Of a stretch of 64,000 nucleotides of DNA, positions 26,501 through 39,631 are shown piece after piece. Positions within the stretch are counted from its first letter, which is position 1. The number at the start of each line of letters is the position of its first letter. The stretch is from Eledone cirrhosa (taxonomy: Eukaryota). Made by a program: the position numbers and the translations under genes. The notes beneath the pieces are model-generated. The model did not search any database. It saw only the letters and a program-made list of their open reading frames with translations, and was not told the DNA's origin. The stretch lies in NCBI GenBank assembly GCA_964016885.1, contig OZ024742.1:251348001-251412000 (forward strand), given 5' to 3'.

Positions 26501-29500
26501 GTAAGATGCCCCCTCTACACTCTGTAAAGTGTTAGTTCTGGTGCCAGAATCATATGTATCTGATGCCATGGTAAGATGCCCCCTCTACACTCTGTAAAGA
26601 GTTAGTTCTGGTGCCAGAATCATATGTATCTGATGCCATGGTAAGATGCCCCCTCTACACTCTGTAAAGTGTTAGTTCTGGTGCCAGAATCATATGTATC
26701 TGATGCCATGGTAAGATGCCCCCTCTACACTCTGTAAAGTGTTAGTTCTGGTGCCAGAATCATATGTATCTGATGCCATGGTAAGATGCCCCCTCTACAC
26801 TCTGTAAAGAGTTAGTTCTGGTGCCAGAATCATATGTATCTGATGCCATGGTAAGATGTACCCTCTACACTCTGTAAAGTGTTAGTTCTGGTGCCAGAAT
26901 CATATGTATCTGATGCCATGGTAAGATGCCCCCTCTACACTCTGTAAAGTGTTAGTTCTGGTGCCAGAATCATATGTATCTGATGCCATGGTAAGATGTA
27001 CCCTCTACACTCTGTAAAGTGTTAGTTCTGGTGCCAGAATCATATGTATCTGATGCCATGGTAAGATGCCCCCTCTACACTCTGTAAAGAGTTAGTTCTG
27101 GTGCCAGAATCATATGTATCTGATGCCATGGTAAGATGCCCCCTCTACACTCTGTAAAGTGTTAGTTCTGGTGCCAGAATCATATGTATCTGATGCCATG
27201 GTAAGATGCCCCCTCTACACTCTGTAAAGAGTTAGTTCTGGTGCCAGAATCATATGTATCTGATGCCATGGTAAGATGCCCCCTCTACACTCTGTAAAGT
27301 GTTAGTTCTGGTGCCAGAATCATATGTATCTGATGCCATGGTAAGATGCCCCCTCTACACTCTGTAAAGAGTTAGTTCTGGTGCCAGAATCATATGTATC
27401 TGATGCCATGGTAAGATGCCCCCTCTACACTCTGTAAAGTGTTAGTTCTGGTGCCAGAATCATATGTATCTGATGCCATGGTAAGATGCCCCCTCTACAC
27501 TCTGTAAAGAGTTAGTTCTGGTGCCAGAATCATATGTATCTGATGCCATGGTAAGATGCCCCCTCTACACTCTGTAAAGTGTTAGTTCTGGTGCCAGAAT
27601 CATATGTATCTGATGCCATGGTAAGATGCCCCCTCTACACTCTGTAAAGTGTTAGTTCTGGTGCCAGAATCATATGTATCTGATGCCATGGTAAGATGCC
27701 CCCTCTACACTCTGTAAAGAGTTAGTTCTGGTGCCAGAATCATATGTATCTGATGCCATGGTAAGATGCCCCCCTCTACACTCTGTAAAGAGTTAGTTCT
27801 GGTGCCAGAATCATATATATCTGATGCCATGGTAAGATGCCCCCTCTACACTCTGTAAAGTGTTAGTTCTGGTGCCAGAATCATATGTATCTGATGGCAT
27901 GGTAAGATGCCCCCTCTACACTCTGTAAAGAGTTAGTTCTGGTGCCAGAATCATATGTATCTGATGCCATGGTAAGATGCCCCCCTCTACACTCTGTAAA
28001 GTGTTAGTTCTGGTGCCAGAATCATATGTATCTGATGCCATGGTAAGATGTACCTCTACACTCTGTAAAGAGTTAGTTCTGGTGCCAGAATCATATGTAT
28101 CTGATGCCATGGTAAGATGCCCCCTCTACACTCTGTAAAGTGTTAGTTCTGGTGCCAGAATCATATGTATCTGATGCCATGGTAAGATGTACCTCTACAC
28201 TCTGTAAAGAGTTAGTTCTGGTGCCAGAATCATATGTATCTGATGCCATGGTAAGATGCCCCCTCTACACTCTGTAAAGTGTTAGTTCTGGTGCCAGAAT
28301 CATATGTATCTGATGCCATGGTAAGATGTACCCTCTACACTCTGTAAAGTGTTAGTTCTGGTGCCAGAATCATATGTATCTGATGCCATGGTAAGATGCC
28401 CCCTCTACATTCTGTAAAGTGTTAGTTCTGGTGCCAGAATCATATGTATCTGATGCCATGGTAAGATGCCCCCTCTACACTCTGTAAAGTGTTAGTTCTG
28501 GTGCCAGAATCATATGTATCTGATGCCATGGTAAGATGCCCCCTCTACATTCTGTAAAGTGTTAGTTCTGGTGCCAGAATCATATGTATCTGATGCCATG
28601 GTAAGATGCCCCCTCTACACTCTGTAAAGTGTTAGTTCTGGTGCCAGAATCATATGTATCTGATGCCATGGTAAGATGCCCCCTCTACACTCTGTAAAGT
28701 GTTAGTTCTGGTGCCAGAATCATATGTATCTGATGCCATGGTAAGATGCCCCCTCTACATTCTGTAAAGTGTTAGTTCTGGTGCCAGAATCATATGTATC
28801 TGATGCCATGGTAAGATGCCCCCTCTACATTCTGTAAAGAGTTAGTTCTGGTGCCAGAATCATATGTATCTGATGCCATGGTAAGATGCCCCCCTCTACA
28901 CTCTGTAAAGAGTTAGTTCTGGTGCCAGAATCATATGTATCTGATGCCATGGTAAGATGCCCCCTCTACATTCTGTAAAGAGTTAGTTCTGGTGCCAGAA
29001 TCATATGTATCTGATGCCATGGTAAGATGCCCCCCTCTACACTCTGTAAAGAGTTAGTTCTGGTGCCAGAATCATATGTATCTGATGCCATGGTAAGATG
29101 CCCCCTCTACATTCTGTAAAGTGTTAGTTCTGGTGCCAGAATCATATGTATCTGATGCCATGGTAAGATGCCCCCTCTACACTCTGTAAAGTGTTAGTTC
29201 TGGTGCCAGAATCATATGTATCTGATGCCATGGTAAGATGCCCCCTCTACACTCTGTAAAGTGTTAGTTCTGGTGCCAGAATCATATGTATCTGATGCCA
29301 TGGTAAGATGCCCCCTCTACATTCTGTAAAGTGTTAGTTCTGGTGCCAGAATCATATGTATCTGATGCCATGGTAAGATGCCCCCTCTACATTCTGTAAA
29401 GAGTTAGTTCTGGTGCCAGAATCATATGTATCTGATGCCATGGTAAGATGCCCCCTCTACATTCTGTAAAGAGTTAGTTCTGGTGCCAGAATCATATGTA

Positions 29501-32500
29501 TCTGATGCCATGGTAAGATGCCCCCTCTACACTCTGTAAAGAGTTAGTTCTGGTGCCAGAATCATATGTATCTGATGCCATGGTAAGATGCCCCCTCTAC
29601 ATTCTGTAAAGTGTTAGTTCTGGTGCCAGAATCATATGTATCTGATGCCATGGTAAGATGCCCCCTCTACATTCTGTAAAGTGTTAGTTCTGGTGCCAGA
29701 ATCATATGTATCTGATGCCATGGTAAGATGCCCCCCTCTACACTCTGTAAAGAGTTAGTTCTGGTGCCAGAATCATATGTATCTGATGCCATGGTAAGAT
29801 GCCCCCCTCTACACTCTGTAAAGAGTTAGTTCTGGTGCCAGAATCATATGTATCTGATGCCATGGTAAGATGCCCCCTCTACACTCTGTAAAGTGTTAGT
29901 TCTGGTGCCAGAATCATATGTATCTGATGCCATGGTAAGATGCCCCCTCTACATTCTGTAAAGTGTTAGTTCTGGTGCCAGAATCATATGTATCTGATGC
30001 CATGGTAAGATGCCCCCTCTACACTCTGTAAAGTGTTAGTTCTGGTGCCAGAATCATATGTATCTGATGCCATGGTAAGATGCCCCTCTACACTCTGTAA
30101 AGAGTTAGTTCTGGTGCCAGAATCATATGTATCTGATGCCATGGTAAGATGTACCCTCTACACTCTGTAAAGAGTTAGTTCTGGTGCCAGAATCATATGT
30201 ATCTGATGCCATGGTAAGATGCCCCCTCTACACTCTGTAAAGAGTTAGTTCTGGTGCCAGAATCATATGTATCTGATGCCATGGTAAGATGTACCCTCTA
30301 CACTCTGTAAAGAGTTAGTTCTGGTGCCAGAATCATATGTATCTGATGCCATGGTAAGATGCCCCCTCTACACTCTGTAAAGTGTTAGTTCTGGTGCCAG
30401 AATCATATGTATCTGATGCCATGGTAAGATGCCCCCCTCTACACTCTGTAAAGAGTTAGTTCTGGTGCCAGAATCATATGTATCTGATGTCATGGTAAGA
30501 TGTACCCTCTACACTCTGTAAAGTGTTAGTTCTGGTGCCAGAATCATATGTATCTGATGCCATGGTAAGATGCCCCCTCTACACTCTGTAAAGAGTTAGT
30601 TCTGGTGCCAGAATCATATGTATCTGATGCCATGGTAAGATGTACCCTCTACACTCTGTAAAGAGTTAGTTCTGGTGCCAGAATCATATGTATCTGATGC
30701 CATGGTAAGATGCCCCCTCTACACTCTGTAAAGAGTTAGTTCTGGTGCCAGAATCATATGTATCTGATGCCATGGTAAGATGTACCCTCTACACTCTGTA
30801 AAGAGTTAGTTCTGGTGCCAGAATCATATGTATCTGATGCCATGGTAAGATGCCCCCCTCTACACTCTGTAAAGAGTTAGTTCTGGTGCCAGAATCATAT
30901 GTATCTGATGTCATGGTAAGATGTACCCTCTACACTCTGTAAAGAGTTAGTTCTGGTGCCAGAATCATATGTATCTGATGCCATGGTAAGATGCCCCCTC
31001 TACACTCTGTAAAGTGTTAGTTCTGGTGCCAGAATCATATGTATCTGATGCCATGGTAAGATGCCCCCTCTACACTCTGTAAAGTGTTAGTTCTGGTGCC
31101 AGAATCATATGTATCTGATGCCATGGTAAGATGCCCTCTCTACACTCTGTAAAGTGTTAGTTCTGGTGCCAGAATCATATGTATCTGATGCCATGGTAAG
31201 ATGCCCCCTCTACACTCTGTAAAGTGTTAGTTCTGGTGCCAGAATCATATGTATCTGATGCCATGGTAAGATGCCCCCTCTACACTCTGTAAAGAGTTAG
31301 TTCTGGTGCCAGAATCATATGTATCTGATGCCATGGTAAGATGCCCCCTCTACACTCTGTAAAGTGTTAGTTCTGGTGCCAGAATCATATGTATCTGATG
31401 CCATGGTAAGATGCCCCCTCTACACTCTGTAAAGTGTTAGTTCTGGTGCCAGAATCATATGTATCTGATGCCATGGTAAGATGCCCCCTCTACACTCTGT
31501 AAAGTGTTAGTTCTGGTGCCAGAATCATATGTATCTGATGCCATGGTAAGATGCCCCCCTCTACACTCTGTAAAGAGTTAGTTCTGGTGCCAGAATCATA
31601 TGTATCTGATGCCATGGTAAGATGCCCCCTCTACACTCTGTAAAGAGTTAGTTCTGGTGCCAGAATCATATGTATCTGATGCCATGGTAAGATGCCCCCT
31701 CTACACTCTGTAAAGTGTTAGTTCTGGTGCCAGAATCATATGTATCTGATGCCATGGTAAGATGCCCCCTCTACACTCTGTAAAGTGTTAGTTCTGGTGC
31801 CAGAATCATATATATCTGATGCCATGGTAAGATGTACCCTCTACACTCTGTAAAGTGTTAGTTCTGGTGCCAGAATCATATGTATCTGATGCCATGGTAA
31901 GATGCCCCCTCTACACTCTGTAAAGTGTTAGTTCTGGTGCCAGAATCATATGTATCTGATGCCATGGTAAGATGTACCCTCTACACTCTGTAAAGAGTTA
32001 GTTCTGGTGCCAGAATCATATGTATCTGATGCCATGGTAAGATGCCCCCTCTACACTCTGTAAAGTGTTAGTTCTGGTGCCAGAATCATATGTATCTGAT
32101 GCCATGGTAAGATGCCCCCTCTACACTCTGTAAAGAGTTAGTTCTGGTGCCAGAATCATATGTATCTGATGCCATGGTAAGATGCCCCCTCTACACTCTG
32201 TAAAGAGTTAGTTCTGGTGCCAGAATCATATGTATCTGATGCCATGGTAAGATGTACCCTCTACACTCTGTAAAGAGTTAGTTCTGGTGCCAGAATCATA
32301 TGTATCTGATGCCATGGTAAGATGCCCCCTCTACACTCTGTAAAGAGTTAGTTCTGGTGCCAGAATCATATGTATCTGATGCCATGGTAAGATGTACCCT
32401 CTACACTCTGTAAAGAGTTAGTTCTGGTGCCAGAATCATATGTATCTGATGCCATGGTAAGATGCCCCCCTCTACACTCTGTAAAGAGTTAGTTCTGGTG

Positions 32501-34033
32501 CCAGAATCATATGTATCTGATGTCATGGTAAGATGTACCCTCTACACTCTGTAAAGAGTTAGTTCTGGTGCCAGAATCATATGTATCTGATGCCATGGTA
32601 AGATGCCCCCTCTACACTCTGTAAAGTGTTAGTTCTGGTGCCAGAATCATATGTATCTGATGCCATGGTAAGATGCCCCCTCTACACTCTGTAAAGTGTT
32701 AGTTCTGGTGCCAGAATCATATGTATCTGATGCCATGGTAAGATGCCCCCTCTACACTCTGTAAAGTGTTAGTTCTGGTGCCAGAATCATATGTATCTGA
32801 TGCCATGGTAAGATGCCCCCTCTACACTCTGTAAAGTGTTAGTTCTGGTGCCAGAATCATATGTATCTGATGCCATGGTAAGATGCCCTCTCTACACTCT
32901 GTAAAGTGTTAGTTCTGGTGCCAGAATCATATGTATCTGATGCCATGGTAAGATGCCCCCTCTACACTCTGTAAAGTGTTAGTTCTGGTGCCAGAATCAT
33001 ATGTATCTGATGCCATGGTAAGATGCCCCCTCTACACTCTGTAAAGAGTTAGTTCTGGTGCCAGAATCATATGTATCTGATGCCATGGTAAGATGCCCCC
33101 TCTACACTCTGTAAAGAGTTAGTTCTGGTGCCAGAATCATATGTATCTGATGCCATGGTAAGATGCCCCCTCTACACTCTGTAAAGTGTTAGTTCTGGTG
33201 CCAGAATCATATGTATCTGATGCCATGGTAAGATGCCCCCTCTACACTCTGTAAAGTGTTAGTTCTGGTGCCAGAATCATATGTATCTGATGCCATGGTA
33301 AGATGCCCCCTCTACACTCTGTAAAGTGTTAGTTCTGGTGCCAGAATCATATGTATCTGATGCCATGGTAAGATGCCCCCCTCTACACTCTGTAAAGAGT
33401 TAGTTCTGGTGCCAGAATCATATGTATCTGATGCCATGGTAAGATGCCCCCTCTACACTCTGTAAAGAGTTAGTTCTGGTGCCAGAATCATATGTATCTG
33501 ATGCCATGGTAAGATGCCCCCTCTACACTCTGTAAAGTGTTAGTTCTGGTGCCAGAATCATATGTATCTGATGCCATGGTAAGATGCCCCCTCTACACTC
33601 TGTAAAGTGTTAGTTCTGGTGCCAGAATCATATATATCTGATGCCATGGTAAGATGTACCCTCTACACTCTGTAAAGTGTTAGTTCTGGTGCCAGAATCA
33701 TATGTATCTGATGCCATGGTAAGATGCCCCCTCTACACTCTGTAAAGTGTTAGTTCTGGTGCCAGAATCATATGTATCTGATGCCATGGTAAGATGTACC
33801 CTCTACACTCTGTAAAGAGTTAGTTCTGGTGCCAGAATCATATGTATCTGATGCCATGGTAAGATGCCCCCTCTACACTCTGTAAAGTGTTAGTTCTGGT
33901 GCCAGAATCATATGTATCTGATGCCATGGTAAGATGCCCCCTCTACACTCTGTAAAGAGTTAGTTCTGGTGCCAGAATCATATGTATCTGATGCCATGGT
34001 AAGATGCCCCCCCTACACTCTGTAAAGTGTTAG
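17597..34033. repeat. 70-bp satellite, ~235 units: TGATGCCATGGTAAGATGCCCCCTCTACACTCTGTAAAG(T/A)GTTAGTTCTGGTGCCAGAATCATATGTATC
   Basis: 10-nt register shift per 60-nt line gives a 70-bp period; very homogeneous, with a few recurrent variant sites. Confidence 0.98.
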
Positions 34034-34262
34034 TGTTAAAGTCATGATAAATACATCCTGTATACTATATCAAATAATTGACATTAAAAAGGACATTGAA
34101 CTGTAGAAACCATGCCAAATATAGAATGTATGAATAAAGAATAGTCTCCTCAGTCTGCCTTGTCTCAGACCACAACAACCCATCCAACTTATGCAAACAT
34201 GGAAGGCAGATGTAAAATGATTATAATGATGATGATGATGATGGTGGTGATTGTGATGGTGA
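34034..34262 (+). mobile_element. Decayed 3' part of RTE-tailed SINE directly following the satellite
   Basis: CTGTAGAAACCATGCC ... CCCATCCAACTTATGCAAACATGGAAGGCAGATGTAAAATGAT..(GAT)n. Confidence 0.65.
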
Positions 34263-34299
34263 TTATTGTATCTGTTGGTGTGTGTGTGTGTCATTTCAG

Positions 34300-34439
34300 A
34301 TACAACAAACTAGGACTAGACACTGAAGAGGACAATGTTGACATCATCTTTAAGTTCACTGTAGTCAGTATGCCACCTTTAGGGGAAAAACAAATAAAGA
34401 ATGTTGCCCTTGGTACCTCCCACACTGCTGTTGTGACAG
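34300..34439 (+). CDS. NEK8: NEK8-like exon C (R-YNKLGLDTEEDNVDIIFKFTVVSMPPLGEKQIKNVALGTSHTAVVT)
   Basis: TTTCAG at 34294-34299, CAG|GTAAGT at 34440; 140 nt, phase 2 to 1; NRYNKLGLD and LGTSHTAVVT motifs. Confidence 0.92.
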
Positions 34440-34768
34440 GTAAGTTGTGTTATTAACTCTTAACATCCTGTATTGATTTAAGATGTTTATAGTATCTTTA
34501 CTAGTGGACAGATCATTGTAAAAATTTGCAGTATTAGAGTAAAGACTACTTTTTAATGTGATGCAGACAGTGCTGTTTTCTACTTTTCAAGAATGTTTTG
34601 CTGATGTGATTTCATGTGATAAAGGACATTCAAACTTTATAATGTTACGCCCTAATTTAACTGTCTCTAGATAAATTCTTCCTCCTGTCACATAATGTCT
34701 ATATTTTTTTTTTTTTTTTTTACAAATATTTCTGAAATTTGTCCTAAATAATTTAATGATTTTTCACG

Positions 34769-35106
34769 TTGGTATTAAACTAATTATTTTTGCTTTGTTT
34801 GTTATTGTGAATCAAGCAACACCTGTAGATGTTCAATTGACATGGATCACTGATTCACTGACAGGCTAAATTAACCTGCTTCAACACATCTCTCTCTTTA
34901 TGCATATACTTTCTACATGCATTTCTCCTGCTAGCATGAGTATGTTGTTAATACTTAGGAATATGTTATCATTAAAACACTTCAAAAATATCTTGTGTGA
35001 GATGCATCCTGGTAGGAGGCCAGTTAAGCCTGCAAAGTGTGAGGTGTAGTAGTAACAAGATATATGTGTATATACTGTATGTGTTTATATAGAGAGATAT
35101 AGATAC

Positions 35107-35196
<90 letters not shown>

Positions 35197-35670
35197 CTAA
35201 AATAAAATAAAATAAAATGGTAGTAATAATAAATACAAAGATCAAAATCCAAAGGAATTGATAAGGGTTGTATATATATAAATCTATACATAATATAAAA
35301 GAGAGATGTTTGTTGGTTGGTTCCTTCACACATCACACAAAAATGAAAACTGTCAATCGAAAAATAAGTTCACCAATGGAATAAGGTTATACCCAGGAAG
35401 GTTTATTGACACTCATTTTTTTTAAATCAAAGAAGAAGAAAAACATCCTGGATATGTTGACTGCTATTTCTAGCAGGTTGGGAATCAACCATAAGGGATT
35501 CTCTCTGCGGGCCAGCATCTTTGATTTGAATGCTGGTTTACACACATTTATATAAATATATATTTGGTATTGAACTAATTATTTTTGCTTTGTTTGTTAT
35601 TGTGAATCAAGCAACACCGATAGATGTTCAATTGACATGGATCACTGATTCACTGACAGGCTAAATTAAC
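34769..35670 (+). repeat. ~105-bp near-identical direct repeat (34769-34875 and 35564-35670)
   Basis: TTGGTATT(A/G)AACTAATTATTTTTGCTTTG...GGCTAAATTAAC occurs twice. Confidence 0.85.
35105..35196. repeat. (TA)n microsatellite
   Basis: Direct reading. Confidence 0.95.
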
Positions 35671-36209
35671 TGACATCTTTAATCATTTTACTTTTATTAA
35701 CATCATTTTCCAAACATGGTAGCTGGAAATTTCAGCTATTCTAAAAAGAATATCAGACTCCTGATTTTTCATAGCAAAAATATGTTTTTTCCTTAGCAAG
35801 AATTTATTCTTCTCGCTCAACATAACGTAATATACTAATTTTATTCATAATTGTATAAATAACATTACAAATGGGGAAGGGGTGAAGAAGGGCAGAGGGT
35901 GATGGCATCTGGGCCTAGGGCATGGCAGTGTTGGGGCTACGCCCCACAGACAATGGCCAGCGACACCCACTGCATCAGCCACCCCACCTCACAGGGTTCT
36001 ATATAAAATATAAAAGATTGGAACTCTCATCATTCTTTTGAGAAACCTAAACCAGCCATGTCTATGCAATGGCACATACTTAACAGTCAGGGGAAGATGA
36101 ACCATCTCTTAGAAGTTCACAATTCCTGGAGGCAATCATCAAGGAGAAAATTCATTTATTACCAAGATCCCTCTAATTCCTTCCTCTACCGAGCTGCCAT
36201 TCAAATTCT

Positions 36210-37098
36210 CAAGACTTCAGTTCCCTGTAAGAGCCAGTTTTGCTATGACCATAATTCTATTACAACTATGGAATTTACACCTGCAATGCTGCAACGTGAC
36301 CTTAAAAATAAACGCAACTATGCCTCTCTTGGTCTTGATGGTGTTATGTACCTGCTTCTCACAGTGCTGAAATATACAGATGACATCAAGCTGTATCTTG
36401 AGATAAAAAGGACAGATCCTGAACACTATAGATCTTGCCTGCAATCTGACCTGGACATAATGCAACAATGGATCACAGACTGGTAACTCAAGATGGCTGT
36501 GGACAAGTGTACCACCATGCATTTTGGGAATAAAAACCCAGTGTCCACATACTCCCTCCACAACACTAATATCAAGAAGTCTTCTTGTGAATGTCACCTG
36601 GGTATTGCTGTCAGCAGCGATTTGCGTTGGATGAAGCACGTCTCCAAATCCCTGGGCATGGATATGTTGAAGCTCCGACGTCTGGCAACTGACTTGGTAA
36701 ACACCCACAAAATTATTAACCATCTTGCCAACAACAACCCTGAGTACTTCTTTGATTTCCATGTGTCTAACACACGTGGGCATGCCCACAAAGTCAGAAA
36801 ACAGCACAGTTCTCATGACTTTCGGAAACATTTTTTCACGCTCAGAGTTGCTGAAGCATGGAACAAACTACCTGCATCACTTATTAGCTGTCGAGAAACT
36901 GCATCCTTTAAAACCTCCATGCTTCCTGAGATTCGCCAACACAACACCTAATATTCCCCCTCCATACACATGCAGACATGTATATCATGACTCATACACT
37001 ATTCATTTCCCTGACATTTGTATATTATTCTATGTACTATACTTGTACCTTTGTAGTGCACCTGAGCACTGTACACAATAATTTCATTATTATTATTA
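36210..37098 (+). mobile_element. CR1/L2-group LINE, internally deleted 3' fragment
   Basis: KYTDDIKLY...LQSDLD...W...W, KC..MHFG.KNP, TRGHAHK, RKHFFTLRVAEAWNKLP; (ATT)n tail. Confidence 0.85.
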
Positions 37099-37692
37099 TC
37101 TATATATATAAAACTGAGGATATCTGTCTGTGTGTGTGTGTGAGTTTGAATCCCTAAAACTAGAGAAGCACCCAACCGACTGTTTTCAAACTTTACACAT
37201 GTAATACTTATGTTTCAGGGAGTGTTCTGAGCAAAAAAAATTTCAAATTTTCAATGCCCTAGGGACCGCATCAGGCGATTTAGCGATCTCTCTCTATAAT
37301 TCTTAGTCTTTCTCTTTTTAGATAGATACATACATATAACGTCGCGCCCTTATAATATCTGTCTGTATGCCTGGCTGTCTGCATTACGTCACTTCCTACA
37401 ATTCACTCTGCGTCCAGAACGCACCCTTATAATATCTGTCTGTATGTCTGGCTGTCTGCTGCCTCCGGTTATTCTGCCACCCTTGCTCAAGACAAATCTC
37501 ACACTCATTCCCCAAACAGTTGGTAAGTGCACACAACTTCTTCCTCACGTTTTAAGCCACAGTGTTGCTTACTTACGTACCACCAGACCCTTACTTCTTT
37601 GCCAGCCGTGGTTGTGGCAATACTAAGCTTAGCTAAAGTGGTTATATATTTCACAATACCTTATCCCGTGCAATGCCGGGTACCACTGCTAG
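37099..37692 (+). mobile_element. Non-autonomous Helitron-like element
   Basis: A|TC TATATATATAAAA 5' end; subterminal hairpin CCCG-TGCAATGC-CGGG (37665-37680); CTAG|T 3' end; no TSD; internal ~38-bp direct repeat. Confidence 0.75.
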
Positions 37693-38597
37693 TTATAAAT
37701 AAAGCTCAGAGTTTCAAAGTTGTAGGATTGAATACAAGAGAATCACTTTTTAACCTCATACTGTAAACCAAACACTGCATCCAATAAAACTGTTTTCTCT
37801 TCTATCAGTCTTCACTTATCATCTATTTACCCTGGCAAAGCTGGGTATATATAAGCCAGTAGTATATATAAGCCACAGGGTGATTAAAAGTATTTATCAT
37901 TTTATTCAATTTACACTTCAGCTGCTTGGTGCACTTTTTAATATATATTTTAATTAACTACCAACACAAGTGCTAATTATACACAAATTAGTACATCCAT
38001 TTCAGAATACTACTGTGAGTGAATGGGTATATGAGCTCATCAAATACATGTTTCCTTGTGGTTGTTTAGAAGATATAAACACCTTCTTATAAAGAACAAC
38101 TAGGTCCAAAAATTGATTTAAGGTGTTTATCATTTTTTTCATTTTACAGGGAAATTCATATTTCAGGCATGTTCACAAGTGGGTATATTAAAAATGTGTA
38201 TATTTATATACACATTGGCACAATCTTTGTTACCCACTCTGTAATTATATATATATATTTATTAAAATAACAGATTAAAGTTTTAAACAAAGAATCGCTG
38301 CTTTCAGCCTTATCGAGCCCTCTTTGGATTTTAGTCTTCACATTTATTATTATTAATATATATATACTTTTTTACTTTTCTACATTCGATATATATCCCG
38401 GTTTGCACTGTGCTCAAATCTATTCATAAGGCACCTATTAGTATCTAATGTAATGCCGATTTTAGCTTAAAATAAAGGATGTTAAATGGTATTTGAATAA
38501 TGCATAACATATTTTTAAAAAACTTATTTCAAATATCTAAATACAGAAAGTAATAAAGAAATTATAGAAAAATGTGTTCTATGAAAATTATAAAACA

Positions 38598-39095
38598 CTA
38601 GTTGTAGCCAGATTTTCCTTAGGACATACAGAAATACACACACACTTTTTTAACACATGTTGACAGACTTGCACTTGAAATTCCCCTGCATTTTCAGATG
38701 ACAACACTCTACCTATCTATTTATCTTTCACACTCACACACACACACTCAGTGTATCTCTCTCTCTCTTAACAACAACAACCTATTTTTCTTGAAAAAAA
38801 TGTTAATTCTATCTATCTTTCACCCTCTCCTCTCTCACTGCATTTATCTTTCAATAACAATGTGTCATTATAGTGAAAGTATTTTTTGAAGTCTGCATTG
38901 TTTTCTATATGTTGAAGGATATACAGAAACACACACACATACAGACACACACACTAACAACAAATAAAAACTCTGTATGTTCAAACATTATATTTTAGTT
39001 AGAGAGAGGGGGAGGTAGAGTGAGTGAAAGGTGGAGTAATATTTCTCTATATATATATAGATAGTGTGACAGACACGGCTCTTATTATAGTATAG
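38598..39095 (-). mobile_element. Possible older Helitron-like element
   Basis: Minus strand starts CCTATACTATAATAAGAG and ends GGCTACAACTAG|T; hairpin weak. Confidence 0.35.
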
Positions 39096-39356
39096 GTTTA
39101 CAGAACTTCAGTATATACAATGTTTTTAACTTTTTCCTTTGGAGCATATATGAAAAGTTTTGGTGGCTTCCTACTCTGGAAGAACTTACATACAATTGAT
39201 CATATAAGAAACATTCCTCTTCTCGAGAAACAGTCCTTTTCTAGACCAACAACCTGCAGTAATGGCTATTGCTTAACTGGGAATTGCAATCATTTGAAAT
39301 GAAAGGTGATATCTGTTGATATTAGCAGTATTCTAACAATAAATATGTCTCCTTAC

Positions 39357-39631
39357 TGTGGGTATGGTGTGGTGTGCGGTGGCCGGAAGCTAGGGAGTGC
39401 TCGACCGGAAGAGTGCTTGACCGGAAGGGTGCTTGGCCGGAAGGGTGCTCGACCGGAAGGGCCAGCAGGTCGGCGTGTCTTTAGTGGTGATCAGGAGCGT
39501 GGTGGATGCGAGTTTTGCAGCTCCCGGTTTTAACGAGTTGGATTGTACGCATGTGGAAGAGGAGAAACCAGCCATGGGATCTAGCGGCGCCTGTGAAAAA
39601 GCGGTAAGTGAGGTAGCTTTTTCTAACCACA
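39357..39631 (+). repeat. 5' LTR
   Basis: TG...CA ends; matches 42753-43072. Confidence 0.85.

Noticed and set aside
19570-28110. Short minus-strand ORFs MASDTYDSGTRTN...
   Set aside because: By-products of 69/71-bp unit variants in the satellite
17597-34033. CRISPR-like array or ribozyme satellite
   Set aside because: No unique spacers and no cas genes, eukaryotic context; CTGATGC is not the CUGANGA core and there is no GAAA partner
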